Below are positions 52,892-63,970 of a DNA stretch of 64,000 nt, one piece after another; position 1 is the first letter of the stretch, and each line of letters starts with the position of its first letter. This stretch comes from a virus (lineage: Duplodnaviria > Heunggongvirae > Uroviricota > Caudoviricetes). Made by a program: the position numbers and the translations under genes. The notes under the pieces are model-generated. The model saw nothing but the letters and a program-made list of their open reading frames with translations. It was not told the DNA's origin and did no database searches. The stretch spans positions 13,214 to 77,213 of IMG/VR virus record IMGVR_UViG_3300048998_000119. The stretch is one strand, 5' to 3'.

Positions 52892-55508
52892 CTTGTGTCT
52901 GCGCCAAATAGGGTGCCAGCATCTTCATAGAGGGGCTGTCCACCGGAGCCGAATAGTTGTTGTTGTCTGGATCCAGATGATAGATGTAGCTGAGCGGGAA
53001 GCCCGAACCCCATGTCGTCCAACCAAACAACACATCTTTATGGTCAAGCATATACTGATACATACTTGCCATGATAGGTCCACAGATGGTCTGAGCGGGA
53101 TCGCCTCCCGCCGTCTCACCGATGAAACCTCGTTTGTTGTGGGCGGTCAACCAATCCACGAACTGGCTGATTCTGCCGGAGCCTGTTCCGGACACACAGA
53201 AAGCTGAAGTACCGGAACCGTCGCTGTCGTTATAGCTGTGGCAGTGGTAAACTTCATTGTTGGCCGGATCATAGCTGGTGATGTTGGCGTCGCCGTTGCC
53301 GTTCTTGATGAACGAACCCGCCGAAGCGTACTCAGACATTTCACGATGGATTAGACCGGTGAAGTTAGTCTGAGCGCGAATGGCGTTCATCACTGCTTGA
53401 TTTATGTCTCGGGCCCAACCGGCGCCCAAGGAGTTGTTCACATCCTTCGGCTCGTTCATGAGATCAAAGTGAACACGAGGGTTGCCTTGAAACACCAGCG
53501 CGAGTTTCACCCAGACATCGATTAGATGCATGGTATTCAGTTCCGCGCCGTTGTAACGAACAGTGACGCCTCGACCATAATACTTATTGTCTGTTGAGTT
53601 GAAATACGGCTCGATGTTGTACTCCATGAAGTTATGCATATCCAGCAGAATATATCCGCCGAGGACGTTAGTCCAATAATTGATAACTTCAATGATTCGC
53701 CGCATATCCTGGTCATTGCTACCGGTGAACGGTACGTCGGGTCCGTAATAGAGTGGTCCCATAAGAACAGGTTGAATACGTTCCCAACGAATTGGAAGAC
53801 GTGCATAGCGTACGCCCTTGGACCAGTAGTAGTCCATTCGCTCATGCTGATAGCCCACACCGTTTTCCGGCTTGGACGGGTAGTAATAACGACCGCCGTT
53901 GTACGCGTACTTCTTGCCTGTGGTTGGATCGAAGATTGCGCCGAACTCACCGCCTGAGATATTCAAACCGTAAAGATTCTTGGGACAAGGTGGTTTAATC
54001 AAACCCGACAAGTAGACACAACTGTCCGGTATCACAAGTGGATCGAGATCCGGATCCGTGAGCCGCATAGTGTGCTTGCCCGTACCCGCGTGAGGAACCG
54101 TAAAGGTCACAGCACCCTGTGCCAAGGCTGTGTTCGTCGTCGTCAGCCTCGTGCCGTTTAAGGACATAAAGCCGCTCGCCGCCAAAGCTGCCTGCAGCGC
54201 CGAGTCGAACCCTGGGGGTGAGTTGACCGACGCCAGCGTCACGCTGCTGGGATTGTCGTTGGCCGGACCTTGTAAGGTGTAGGTGATGGTCGTACCGTCC
54301 GAGGTGGCCCGCAGTTCCCAGAACCGAGGAGGAAGATCGGCGAAGATACGCGTCTGCGAACCTCCGTTCATGGCGACCGGCGTGTATTGCCTCCACCAGT
54401 TGTTACGATAGGTCGTGCCGTCTGAGGGTGGCGGATTGGCGGAAGACTTCGTGACTAGATCATAGATAAACTTTTGTCCCGTCGGAACATAGATTACCCA
54501 GTCACCTTTCTTGTAGATGGTGGTGTTGTTCCAGTTGCCCTGATACGACACTGTGGCATCTTCAAAGCCGACAGCCACATCGCCCTCGATTGAAACGTTG
54601 GTAATACAATCCCACTGCATCGGGAGAGGTTCCGCCACACCGTCTTGTTTGACGGTCAACAGTATGCTCATTGGTTTGGTGGGATCGTAGCCCTTGCCCC
54701 ACGTCACATAACCACCGTTGAACCACTGTCCGGCCGTCGCTTCAGTCCATTGTGGAATTTCCACAGTGCAACCGGCCTCAAGTGCGGCTTTACGCAACTG
54801 TGTTCGGAAGTCCGGATCCAACTGCTTCTGACCGACGTTCGCTTCGTAGATTTTACAGCGATGTCCCTCAATCAGATTTGTCGTGTAGTAAGTAACTCTG
54901 AAGGAATCTCCTTCCTTCAGCTGCGCCGACACCGCTCCGTGATCCACACTCTCACAGTAGATATTCATGGCGGGAACGCCGGTGGGTCTCCGCGATGTGT
55001 CACGTACGTAAATGTAGCTACCAGAACCTGGAGCGATGTCGCCGTTGCCATAACCCTTCAGCAAGATCTGAAGATCACGTCCCACAGTTTTATCCGGAAA
55101 AGTGGTGTTCTGATCGTCCGAACGGTTACGTCTCACCGTGTTGGTGAACGTCATCACGTCGAAGCCTTTATAACTCGGCGTCGTCCTGATGGCGAACGAC
55201 ATAGTGCCGGACACAGCTGGCGTAGTGGTGCTGGACAGACGCTGGCTTGTACAACCGTGCTTGGCACACTCCGCCGCCACAATACCGTCCCAGTCTTGAA
55301 CGTAGGCGCCGTTGCCGCCGATATTGCCGGGTCCAGTAAACCAGACCACAATCATTTCATCGCCGTTGCCGGATGGATTGAAACAAGCCAACGTCCAAGT
55401 AATGTCGTCTCCTTCGCTTATATAACGTTCATTCAAATGGAGTTTCTGCCACGCAGGTTTAAGTGCGTAAAACGGAAACTCCATCGACGTATTAAACGGA
55501 GTAATCAT
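52869..55508 (-). CDS. tail fibre/spike with C-terminal GH5-like glycosidase domain
   Basis: 879 aa; C-terminal HFDLMNEPKD and GFIGETAGG paralleling the GH5 motifs of the 1590..2825 gene. Confidence 0.65.
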   Translation of the reverse strand: MITPFNTSMEFPFYALKPAWQKLHLNERYISEGDDITWTLACFNPSGNGDEMIVVWFTGPGNIGGNGAYVQDWDGIVAAECAKHGCTSQRLSSTTTPAVSGTMSFAIRTTPSYKGFDVMTFTNTVRRNRSDDQNTTFPDKTVGRDLQILLKGYGNGDIAPGSGSYIYVRDTSRRPTGVPAMNIYCESVDHGAVSAQLKEGDSFRVTYYTTNLIEGHRCKIYEANVGQKQLDPDFRTQLRKAALEAGCTVEIPQWTEATAGQWFNGGYVTWGKGYDPTKPMSILLTVKQDGVAEPLPMQWDCITNVSIEGDVAVGFEDATVSYQGNWNNTTIYKKGDWVIYVPTGQKFIYDLVTKSSANPPPSDGTTYRNNWWRQYTPVAMNGGSQTRIFADLPPRFWELRATSDGTTITYTLQGPANDNPSSVTLASVNSPPGFDSALQAALAASGFMSLNGTRLTTTNTALAQGAVTFTVPHAGTGKHTMRLTDPDLDPLVIPDSCVYLSGLIKPPCPKNLYGLNISGGEFGAIFDPTTGKKYAYNGGRYYYPSKPENGVGYQHERMDYYWSKGVRYARLPIRWERIQPVLMGPLYYGPDVPFTGSNDQDMRRIIEVINYWTNVLGGYILLDMHNFMEYNIEPYFNSTDNKYYGRGVTVRYNGAELNTMHLIDVWVKLALVFQGNPRVHFDLMNEPKDVNNSLGAGWARDINQAVMNAIRAQTNFTGLIHREMSEYASAGSFIKNGNGDANITSYDPANNEVYHCHSYNDSDGSGTSAFCVSGTGSGRISQFVDWLTAHNKRGFIGETAGGDPAQTICGPIMASMYQYMLDHKDVLFGWTTWGSGFPLSYIYHLDPDNNNYSAPVDSPSMKMLAPYLAQTQDGYLQTS

Positions 55509-56062
55509 GAGACTACTAGGTCACCCACAAAGACATAGGCCGCAACACCGTTGCTGAACTTCTCGACACAGATAGCTGTGCTGCAAGACCACTGAGCACG
55601 GTGAACAGCCGCACCTTGACTGTTGCGGAAGGTCGCCGTCAGATTATTCACACCAGAATTGGTGGAACCCCAAGGGAACTTGCCGGTGCCGCGTTGGATA
55701 ATACCCACTTGTGAACCAACTTCGGCGGTCCAAGGCAAAAGGACGGTGACGTTGATGTTGGCGGCTGGACCGATGAGGTACAGAATTTTCTGATTGTGTT
55801 GAGCGAAGTCTACGGTGTAGGTGTTGCCCGAAGCCAGATTGACCTGGATGATCTGTTGCTTCTGGGCGTCGTACATAGTGCGAGCCGGGCAAGCTACCTG
55901 CCGATCGGCGTTGAGACCAATCGGAAGTGGATACTTACCGTCGCCCGCTACACCGCCGTTGTAGGTGCCCGCAGACCAATCGGCATACTTCTGAGTTGTG
56001 GCCGTCAAGAAATCCAGAGTCTTCTGGAGCTGTGCGTTGACGTCTTCAATGGTGAGACTCAT
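55505..56062 (-). CDS. tail-associated protein (185 aa)
   Basis: position between J-like protein and fibre. Confidence 0.4.
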   Translation of the reverse strand: MSLTIEDVNAQLQKTLDFLTATTQKYADWSAGTYNGGVAGDGKYPLPIGLNADRQVACPARTMYDAQKQQIIQVNLASGNTYTVDFAQHNQKILYLIGPAANINVTVLLPWTAEVGSQVGIIQRGTGKFPWGSTNSGVNNLTATFRNSQGAAVHRAQWSCSTAICVEKFSNGVAAYVFVGDLVVS

Positions 56063-56218
56063 TTGGCCACCAACTTTCCTTTGATCACTTTATGTGTGGC
56101 GTCGTAGTCCGGACGGAAGTCGTCTACCACCAGATAAGGCGTCTTCATCAACTCGGCGACGATCAACGTCATCTGGGCGGACGAAGTGATATTTCCTTCT
56201 TCATCATAAAATACGAGA

Positions 56219-59200
56219 TTAACCATAATAGGCTACTCCAAATAGTGTACGCGAAGCAATACCCACACCGCTGTTCCCCATTACGTCGAGGGTGACAGTG
56301 TAAGTGCCCGCAGCATTCATGTATAGTGGTGCGCTGAGTGCAATACTGTCGGAGGTCTTCTGACCACCTGTGGCGAACACGGCGACGCCGTTGATCGTGA
56401 GTCGAGCATTCCAACTCATATCACCACTTGGAAAGGCCAACTTGGCGCTGGCTTGAGCGAAGATGGTGCCCGGACCGTCCAGCACAACGATGACCGTCAT
56501 CTGCGTGGTCCAGGTTGAACTGAACTGCATGGTGTTGGTCGCACTCTGAATAGACGGAATGGAGACTGTGCCGCCTGTACCCACTTTAATTTTACCCACC
56601 ACGACTTCGTTCATATAAACGACGCCCTGTGAGATCTGGAAAGGTGTGATAGGCGAGCCACCGTTTGGATCGATCACCCGAAACGTATTGGCGGCGATGA
56701 TGTATTCGCTATAACCACCGGTTGAGGTGTTGAACGTACCCGTGATGTGACCTTGATCGTTCAATGTATTCAAAGAACGAAGAGTCGCACTTCCGTCTGG
56801 GGCGTAGACGATGTCATTGATCTGGTCGATCTGATAAGTCGCTTTGTCTGTATCCGAACGAAGTGTCTTGATCGAGCTGACCAGCGGTACACCGTTCTCT
56901 ACGTAAGCTGTATCGGCGGACAGATAGAAGGCTTTACCCGTACCGCCTGGACCGACACCCGAAGCACCCAACAGCGCAAGATCCTGAGCGTAACTCACGT
57001 TGCCGTCTGAGAACTGCGTCTGCAAGTGATCGATGACCGTGGCGATTGGCGTGCCGTTGATGTACTTGATGTCGTTGATGATCTTCTCGTTGTCGGCGTT
57101 CTTGATGATGGACAGCGCGAGATTGAACCCGTTTTGTGTCATCTGAGTCATCGCCGCTTGAGCTTCCAGATCACCCACCATCGTCCCGGCCGGAGCACCG
57201 CGTGTCGCGCCCGGTTCAGCTTGAACCTTGGAGAACAGTGTGATGCTGACCAAGTCACTGATGGTTGGATCGTTCGCTTCGCTGACAGACAACTGATAGA
57301 CACGTGTCTCTTCATCGAACGGAGTAACCACGATGCTCTGCTGATTGCTGTCGAAGGTGTTTGCGCCGGAGACCATATGCCAGTGATAGACAGGATTGAC
57401 ATAAGCATAAGCCAAAGCCTGCAGATCAATCTCGGTGGGAGTGTAGACTGCGTCGCCCGGACGATGAATGAACGTCAGTGCGTTCGAAACAATCGTCACA
57501 TGTCGTGTCCAGTTATGATTCAGGAACACCGCGTTGTAAGGATCGGTCAAAGTCATCTGAGACAACTTGCCGCCCGAACTAACGGCTCGCACACCGAAGA
57601 AAGCCGAAGCCGCATTGATGGCAGGAAGGTCATAGAAAGGCAGAGGAGAACGACCGATTTCCGAGTAGACCGGATTGCCGTTACTGTCCGTCGCGTCCAC
57701 GCCGGGTCGGTACACGTAGTACACATAACCGGCGAGCTCCGCGAGGTAGACAGGCGTCGTCACCAACTGACCCGAACTGTTCGTCCTGTCGCCGACCGGA
57801 GGCAGATAGTTCAACGCATACGGTTGAGGAATAAACGACGAGTACAGATTGGGCGCCGACGAATAAACGTCATCCTTGTTTGCCCAAGCCAACTGAGACA
57901 CATCGAAACGAGTGGTGTTCAGTGTAACCTTGGTGCCGTCAGAAGAAACCTTGGTCTCGTCCACACGCATGTATAGAGCCACATCGATGCCCAAGAAGAC
58001 ATCGGCGACCGCGAATTGAATGAAGTCACCCGGCTCAGGAAGCTTGTCCTGTACCAGAATTGTGAACTCATACTGTGCGGCAGAACGACTTGTGCGCACC
58101 AACTCTTCGCACTTGGCGAGAGCATGGAAAGGATCGGTGATGCCGTCAGCAAAGACGTCCGTCTCAAGCTTCAGACCGTTGTCTTCCGCTAACATCTGAT
58201 AGTAAACGCCGTTGGTTTCATTGACGTCGATGTAGGCGGAGTAAGCCGTCAGACGAGTATTCCAAAGAATTGTTGACGCCGAGTCAATCTTGGCCGCGAC
58301 ACCCTTGTAGTCGTTGCTGCCGCCTCCGGTGTTAGTGCCGGTGATGACGATCTTATACACGCCCGGATTCAGTGAAATGCTCGCCGTCTTGAGATTCTTC
58401 ACGTCGGACACGCTACCGTTGTAGACTGAAGCGCCGGTGGCGTTGTTGGTGATCGCGATTGCGCAACTGTCGTCGCCAGCATAAGTCAGCGTATAGTTGC
58501 CTGAACTGTTGTTGTCGACATACAGCATATATTGCAGAGAAGTCGAGTTCCCGGTGCCCTTCCAGACATTGTATTGGTTCAACAGTCTGCCGGAAGCTGT
58601 GGTGTCGTCCCATGAACCCACACCCGAAGGATAGGTCTGCGCGCCGATGCCTCGCTTGTACGAGTTGTTGAACTTAGGAGGCCAGCTTACACTGTCTTCT
58701 GTGAAGTTCTCGTGTTCGTTGTGGAAACGAACCGTGCCGAAGTTGAACCTGTCGGAGGCGCTCGGCCATTGAACAGAGAACTCTTCTCCGAAAGCGAAGT
58801 TGTCGTCATTGACCAACATGTCGATTTTGATGTCGGCGTTGGTCAGCGGATACTGAATCGACAACTTGTACTTACCGTTCGACCAGACGAGACGCGTGTC
58901 GCCCATGGTTGCCAAGATCGACTCGATGTTGTCTCGAATCGGTTTGCTGGTGTCCACAAGCATGTTGCACTCATAGAGAGGGATGTCGCGCTTGCTGATC
59001 GTGTTGGTGCCGTCGGTTGGCTGCCAGATCTTACCGCCCACGTTCATATTGGTCTGCACAATGAAAGTGCGGATCGCCTCAGCGTGTTCAAAAGAAGCCA
59101 AATCAATCTCACTGAGATCGTAGCCACCGCCGTCAAGCGGATCCAGCATATAGTCCAGCAAACAGTAAGGACCACCGTTGTTGTAGCGGTAGTTCGTCGG

Positions 59201-60004
59201 ATCTTGCTCGTAAGTCTGAGTGGTTGAAATGACACCGTTCGTCACCCAACGAACCAGACGACCTTCGGCGTAAACCTGAATCGGCGGAATGTTGTTGAAC
59301 TGAGGATTGTCACGATCGATGCGAATAACCGCAGACAGATGCGCCATGCCTGTAAACAAGGCATTAGATCGCTCGGAAAAGTTCGCGGCGATAATTGAGT
59401 CGGCTGTGCCCCCGTTGTTGTGAATGTCCACACGCAGAGCGGCCTTGACGCCGGTGTGCTCCTTGGTCGTGACCGTCTTCTCGATCTTGCCGTAGCTGCC
59501 GAGCGTCGGATCGTCGATGTACCTCGAACCATCCACGACAATGTCGCGCACGCCCGCGATCGGACCCACACAAAGCGCCTGTTGATAGAACAAGAAGTCG
59601 TTGCGACCACCGTCCAGGCTCTGATTTAGATAACCCGCGCCCTGAGCATTGACGGTTGCACTCTTGTCCAAGAAGGTGGCGGTGTCGTCGCCCCACTGCT
59701 TATAGTTGTACGTGTAGCCAGCGACACCTGCGTCGCCGGTCAAATAACTCTTGTCGGAGTTTGGAGCCACATACTTAAAGTTACCAGAGGTCGCCGACCA
59801 AGAGCGAATGCCCCCGACCAGTGCTCGACCGTACAGAATAGGAAGATACGAAGGCTGGCCTTCAGAAACAATCTCGAAACCCTTACGGGCGTCCGCTGCC
59901 GCTTCAGCGGCTCGCTTCATCTTCTTTGCTTGGATAATCTGGAACGCCGTGGTCGCCGCAGTGACAACCAGAGCGATGATGGCTACTACAAGTTCGAAAC
60001 CCAT
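56219..60004 (-). CDS. large tail tip/central fibre protein (host-specificity J-like, 1261 aa)
   Basis: size and position after minor tail proteins downstream of tape measure. Confidence 0.55.
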   Translation of the reverse strand: MGFELVVAIIALVVTAATTAFQIIQAKKMKRAAEAAADARKGFEIVSEGQPSYLPILYGRALVGGIRSWSATSGNFKYVAPNSDKSYLTGDAGVAGYTYNYKQWGDDTATFLDKSATVNAQGAGYLNQSLDGGRNDFLFYQQALCVGPIAGVRDIVVDGSRYIDDPTLGSYGKIEKTVTTKEHTGVKAALRVDIHNNGGTADSIIAANFSERSNALFTGMAHLSAVIRIDRDNPQFNNIPPIQVYAEGRLVRWVTNGVISTTQTYEQDPTNYRYNNGGPYCLLDYMLDPLDGGGYDLSEIDLASFEHAEAIRTFIVQTNMNVGGKIWQPTDGTNTISKRDIPLYECNMLVDTSKPIRDNIESILATMGDTRLVWSNGKYKLSIQYPLTNADIKIDMLVNDDNFAFGEEFSVQWPSASDRFNFGTVRFHNEHENFTEDSVSWPPKFNNSYKRGIGAQTYPSGVGSWDDTTASGRLLNQYNVWKGTGNSTSLQYMLYVDNNSSGNYTLTYAGDDSCAIAITNNATGASVYNGSVSDVKNLKTASISLNPGVYKIVITGTNTGGGSNDYKGVAAKIDSASTILWNTRLTAYSAYIDVNETNGVYYQMLAEDNGLKLETDVFADGITDPFHALAKCEELVRTSRSAAQYEFTILVQDKLPEPGDFIQFAVADVFLGIDVALYMRVDETKVSSDGTKVTLNTTRFDVSQLAWANKDDVYSSAPNLYSSFIPQPYALNYLPPVGDRTNSSGQLVTTPVYLAELAGYVYYVYRPGVDATDSNGNPVYSEIGRSPLPFYDLPAINAASAFFGVRAVSSGGKLSQMTLTDPYNAVFLNHNWTRHVTIVSNALTFIHRPGDAVYTPTEIDLQALAYAYVNPVYHWHMVSGANTFDSNQQSIVVTPFDEETRVYQLSVSEANDPTISDLVSITLFSKVQAEPGATRGAPAGTMVGDLEAQAAMTQMTQNGFNLALSIIKNADNEKIINDIKYINGTPIATVIDHLQTQFSDGNVSYAQDLALLGASGVGPGGTGKAFYLSADTAYVENGVPLVSSIKTLRSDTDKATYQIDQINDIVYAPDGSATLRSLNTLNDQGHITGTFNTSTGGYSEYIIAANTFRVIDPNGGSPITPFQISQGVVYMNEVVVGKIKVGTGGTVSIPSIQSATNTMQFSSTWTTQMTVIVVLDGPGTIFAQASAKLAFPSGDMSWNARLTINGVAVFATGGQKTSDSIALSAPLYMNAAGTYTVTLDVMGNSGVGIASRTLFGVAYYG

Positions 60005-60591
60005 TATGCTCTACCCCATTTTAGGATGAGCGAGCCCGACCCTGTGTAAATTGAATCGAAGCTGGCGTCTTTGGCGTTGCGATGACGCACGTTGTCGCGA
60101 GACAGATAGAAGCCACGACTTTGTTCCAACGACACCATAGGCGAAGCTCCCGAAATGACATACACAGCTTCGCCGACTGCTTCTGTGCTCAACGTACCGG
60201 AACAACCGTCGATGATACCTTGATACAGAATAAACGTATCGGCGAAGGTGGCCTGCACGAGACCGGTGTCTGGATTAACGAACCCGAGATAGACAGTCAT
60301 GTCCATGCCGACCAGCCCGTTTTCGGCTTCCGCCTGCAACCCGAAAGTGTCGTCTTGAACAGTAAGCTTATACTGCTCACGATCGACCGTTGAGCTCTGT
60401 TGCGGTGGATCCGCTGAAATAATAAAATCGTCTGCTTTGTAAGTGACGTTGTCCTGGAAAGTGAAATCAGAATAATGTGTCGTGGAGGCCCGGAAAACAG
60501 TTCCCGAACCATCCACAATCTTCACGAAGAAGAGACATTCTGCTTTATTCGTCTTGATCCACGACGCCACCAAAGGGCTGAAGGTGATCAT
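60004..60591 (-). CDS. minor tail protein (195 aa)
   Basis: position. Confidence 0.45.
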   Translation of the reverse strand: MITFSPLVASWIKTNKAECLFFVKIVDGSGTVFRASTTHYSDFTFQDNVTYKADDFIISADPPQQSSTVDREQYKLTVQDDTFGLQAEAENGLVGMDMTVYLGFVNPDTGLVQATFADTFILYQGIIDGCSGTLSTEAVGEAVYVISGASPMVSLEQSRGFYLSRDNVRHRNAKDASFDSIYTGSGSLILKWGRA

Positions 60592-61184
60592 TATACATTC
60601 TCGATTATTTTCACGACGCCGTTGTCCATCAAGATGGCGTCTTCATAAACCATTCCCTGCACCGTGTCTGTGTCGTACAGACAATCCATGATGACATCAT
60701 CCTGGAAAGTGAAGGTGGTGGCGTTCTGAGGGATACGAAGCTGTGGGTAGATACCCAACGGCCCCGTACCGGTCAGAGTAGTTGTGGTCATGTAGATCTT
60801 CGAGTGATTCGAAAATCTGATGAAGGTGCCCGTGGGGATAATTCCCACGTTATTGGCTACCGTCACCTGTGTGGCTCCAAGCGAGCCTGTGCAAGTCGGA
60901 GTGGAGGTGGACGTCTTCGCTTGCTTCGCGCCCTGATTCTGGGGAACGATGATCTGGAAGACGTCCGTATTTCCTTTCACAATCATGTGCGTCATCACGA
61001 TGTGAGCGCCCGTACGCTTGGGGTCGAAGCGAGCTTCAAGTTCCCAACGCTGCGAAGAGCGCTTCATCACGTTACGCTTCAGAGAAGCAGAGTCGTTGGC
61101 GAACACCGGCTTATTGGTCCGCAGCGTGAGTGGAACCACAAACTCGGCAATCACTACGCCATTGTCCAAAAGACCGTATGCCAT
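60591..61184 (-). CDS. minor tail protein (197 aa)
   Basis: position directly after tape measure. Confidence 0.45.
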   Translation of the reverse strand: MAYGLLDNGVVIAEFVVPLTLRTNKPVFANDSASLKRNVMKRSSQRWELEARFDPKRTGAHIVMTHMIVKGNTDVFQIIVPQNQGAKQAKTSTSTPTCTGSLGATQVTVANNVGIIPTGTFIRFSNHSKIYMTTTTLTGTGPLGIYPQLRIPQNATTFTFQDDVIMDCLYDTDTVQGMVYEDAILMDNGVVKIIENV

Positions 61185-63970
61185 TACCTAATACCTTTTT
61201 CTCGATTATGAGCGTTCACGCCCCGAGTGATCTCTGGGATCATTTCGAAGATAGTGCGCTTAGTCTGGCGGCTGATGTCGCCTGTGATCGGAATGTTGAT
61301 AGTCTGAGACGTCTTGCTGTTGTCGGTGGTGGGCATAGACTTGTCGATTGCTTGAGTGGCCATACCGATGTCGACACCCGCTCCAACCAAGCCACCGTCG
61401 GCGTACTTCGGGACTTGATCGTTGTTGATCGCCGTCAGCAAACCACGATGTTTCCCAACCTGTTTCGCCTTGACGACGAACTCACCGTTGGACAGCATAG
61501 CAGGAATGGAGTCAGACGTACTGGTGCCTGGGCCCTTGACGTGACCGCCGTCTGCGAACAGATTGCCGATCAACATACCCAAAAGACTACCAGCTGTGGC
61601 TGCGGCACCAATCATACCACCGCCTCCACCACCACCTGCAGAGGTCACAGACTTGAGCGAGTCGCCCATAGTCTTACCCATGTCGGGAGCGATTTTCAGC
61701 AGAGGATTGGCGATGTCGCCGCCGATGTCCGGAGCCTTGCTCGTGAGCACAGACGCGATTGCGCCGCCCGGACTGTCCTTCTTCTTGCCGCCGAACAACT
61801 TACCGAGGCCTCCGAAGAGACCACCGCCCGACGCCTTATCGTTGGCCGGAGCGGCCATTGACGTCATCTGAGACAGCATACCGGAGACCGGGATCTTGTC
61901 GGAATTCATGTCGATGGACTTGGGATCCAACAGACCGGCCACATCAGGTGTGTACGTAGATGCAATGTCGCTGACGCTCTTACCCTTGTCGAGCAAGCCG
62001 CCGAGACCGCCGCCCGCTTTAGCCGTGGAACCACCAATCAGATCAAAGATACCACCCATCTTGGAACCCTGGCCGAACAGTTTGTCGGTCAACGAACCGG
62101 TGAAGCCATCGATAATCTTATTGGTGAACGTGGAGGCGATGTCCATGAGATTGAACTTGCCGGTTTTGATGAACTTGCTGATGCCTTCGGAGAAGCTACT
62201 CTTCATTGTGTTGGTGAAGTCTTCGCCCGCCTGCTTGGCCTTATCTTCAGGTTTGTCCAGCAATCGTCCGAGAATCTTGTGATTCGCGTCAATCTTCTGC
62301 TGAGCCGCCTGACGACCTTGTTCATCCAAACCACCGTCAATTTGCTCCTGCAGATTCTTAATGTTCTGCATGATACCAACAATCTGCGCCTGGGCCTTGC
62401 TGGACAGACGATTGAAAGCACTCTTGTCGACCTGATCGCCGGTTTCACTCGCCAAAGCGGTGACCCGTGCATAAACAGAACGATAGATGCTCTGATTTTC
62501 GTTGATGGCACTAGTCAAGTCCGCCGTGGCATTGGTCATGCTAGTGCGGATTTCGCGACTGTTGATCGGATTGTCTTCGAGCTGTTTAGCCCAAGCTTCC
62601 ATCTTGGTCAGATAATCCTGCACCTGCTTAACCGTGTCCGGCGTCAGCATCTGATACTCTTCTTTGGTGATGTTCAGACCCATAGGTTCCAAACTACCAG
62701 CCATAGCGTCGTATGAGTTGCGACCTGCGTTGACCTTACTGGTGATGTCGGGAGTCATGGTCGCAATTTTAGACTGCTGATCGGCGACGAATTCCGCCAC
62801 ACCCGGAGTGTTGGCCGCTACGTCGTTTGCACCCTTCAGCTTACGCTTAATGGGAACAATCGAGTTGAGGATTTCCGCACGCGTTGATGCAGCCATCTTC
62901 AAGTACTCTTTCATCGTCAGACGAAGTTTCGGGAACATTTCATTGATGATGTCGAGTTCATCGCTGAACTTAATGTCGGGATCGGTCTCGGTGGTCGTGG
63001 TCTTCGGACCCTTTGTTTTGTCGTCTGCCTTAGGATTGGCGCCGGACAACGCAGAGGTTTGAGCCACAGCAGAGAAGTTACGCAGGTCCTGCATGTCGGC
63101 GATTTGCTTATCGATATTGGCGATAATACGACCACCGGCCCACTTCATCACGCCGCTGCTGACCTTAGCCGTGTTGGCTGCAGTCTCAGCACGTGTGGCT
63201 TGCAGCTGAGCGATCCTGACGTCGATTGGGTTTACGTCTACGCCCACGCTGATATTGACGGCGTCGGGAGCTTTGTAATCGACCTTGGCCTTAGTCTTAG
63301 CCTTAGATGCCCGAGTGTGCGTCTTCACACCACCCATGTTACGATCGATCTGATGCTGAATGGCCATGCCACCGTCCGCGAAGGCCGGGAGAGGCTGTCC
63401 GCCGTTGATGGCTTCCAGAAGATCTTTGTGGCGTGCGGTCGAAGCCGCGTTCACCACGTACTCACCGTTGGACAACCAAGCAAGAACGTCGTCACTCTTA
63501 CCCGTACCCGGACCGGAGATTGGACCGCCAGTGGCGTGTGATTGGATTATGTCACCATTCTCATCACGCTTTGTTCCAAACATCCAATCGCCGATACGGT
63601 CAGCAACAGAAACAGTCTTCTTAGGAATATTTCCGTTTCGCTGATCTTCAACTTTGATGTTTGGATCGTAGTTGGGAAGCCCCTTCTTGCCCGGCAAAGC
63701 CTTAGGCATCAAACTCTTCAGCAATTGAACATAGGCGTTTTGATGTGCAAGGGCTAGTTTGAAATAAGGTACCTGTGGCAGAGTGACGAAATCACCATGC
63801 ACGTTATCGAGCCAAGAGTATTTGTATTGCTGCATAGAAGCGTATTTAGCTTCTTTAGTGCGCGCATGAAACTCTAGTTCTTTCTCTTGCAAATTTTCAA
63901 AGTCACTAGTGTATAACTTCTTGGCGGCCACCACATCAGGACGTTTATTGATGGCGTCGATGGTGTTCAT
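61184..63970 (-). CDS. tail tape-measure protein
   Basis: 928 aa; repeated TMP signature GGPISGPGTGKSDDVLAWLSNGEYVV / GHVKGPGTSTSDSIPAMLSNGEFVV; Ala/Gln-rich helical middle; Gly-rich stretch. Confidence 0.7.
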   Translation of the reverse strand: MNTIDAINKRPDVVAAKKLYTSDFENLQEKELEFHARTKEAKYASMQQYKYSWLDNVHGDFVTLPQVPYFKLALAHQNAYVQLLKSLMPKALPGKKGLPNYDPNIKVEDQRNGNIPKKTVSVADRIGDWMFGTKRDENGDIIQSHATGGPISGPGTGKSDDVLAWLSNGEYVVNAASTARHKDLLEAINGGQPLPAFADGGMAIQHQIDRNMGGVKTHTRASKAKTKAKVDYKAPDAVNISVGVDVNPIDVRIAQLQATRAETAANTAKVSSGVMKWAGGRIIANIDKQIADMQDLRNFSAVAQTSALSGANPKADDKTKGPKTTTTETDPDIKFSDELDIINEMFPKLRLTMKEYLKMAASTRAEILNSIVPIKRKLKGANDVAANTPGVAEFVADQQSKIATMTPDITSKVNAGRNSYDAMAGSLEPMGLNITKEEYQMLTPDTVKQVQDYLTKMEAWAKQLEDNPINSREIRTSMTNATADLTSAINENQSIYRSVYARVTALASETGDQVDKSAFNRLSSKAQAQIVGIMQNIKNLQEQIDGGLDEQGRQAAQQKIDANHKILGRLLDKPEDKAKQAGEDFTNTMKSSFSEGISKFIKTGKFNLMDIASTFTNKIIDGFTGSLTDKLFGQGSKMGGIFDLIGGSTAKAGGGLGGLLDKGKSVSDIASTYTPDVAGLLDPKSIDMNSDKIPVSGMLSQMTSMAAPANDKASGGGLFGGLGKLFGGKKKDSPGGAIASVLTSKAPDIGGDIANPLLKIAPDMGKTMGDSLKSVTSAGGGGGGGMIGAAATAGSLLGMLIGNLFADGGHVKGPGTSTSDSIPAMLSNGEFVVKAKQVGKHRGLLTAINNDQVPKYADGGLVGAGVDIGMATQAIDKSMPTTDNSKTSQTINIPITGDISRQTKRTIFEMIPEITRGVNAHNREKGIR

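Noticed and set aside
56219-60004. Direct lambda gpJ homology of the 1261-aa tail protein
   Set aside because: I could not find the characteristic gpJ motifs by eye. The assignment rests on size and position only, so it is labelled generically.
156-63757. All plus-strand ORFs in the track (e.g. 14345..14833, 24912..25760, 41622..42068, 54645..55538, 57026..57976)
   Set aside because: Every one lies antisense inside a longer, motif-supported minus-strand gene. They have no RBS context and low-complexity Arg/Ser-rich translations typical of antisense frames in GC-rich DNA.
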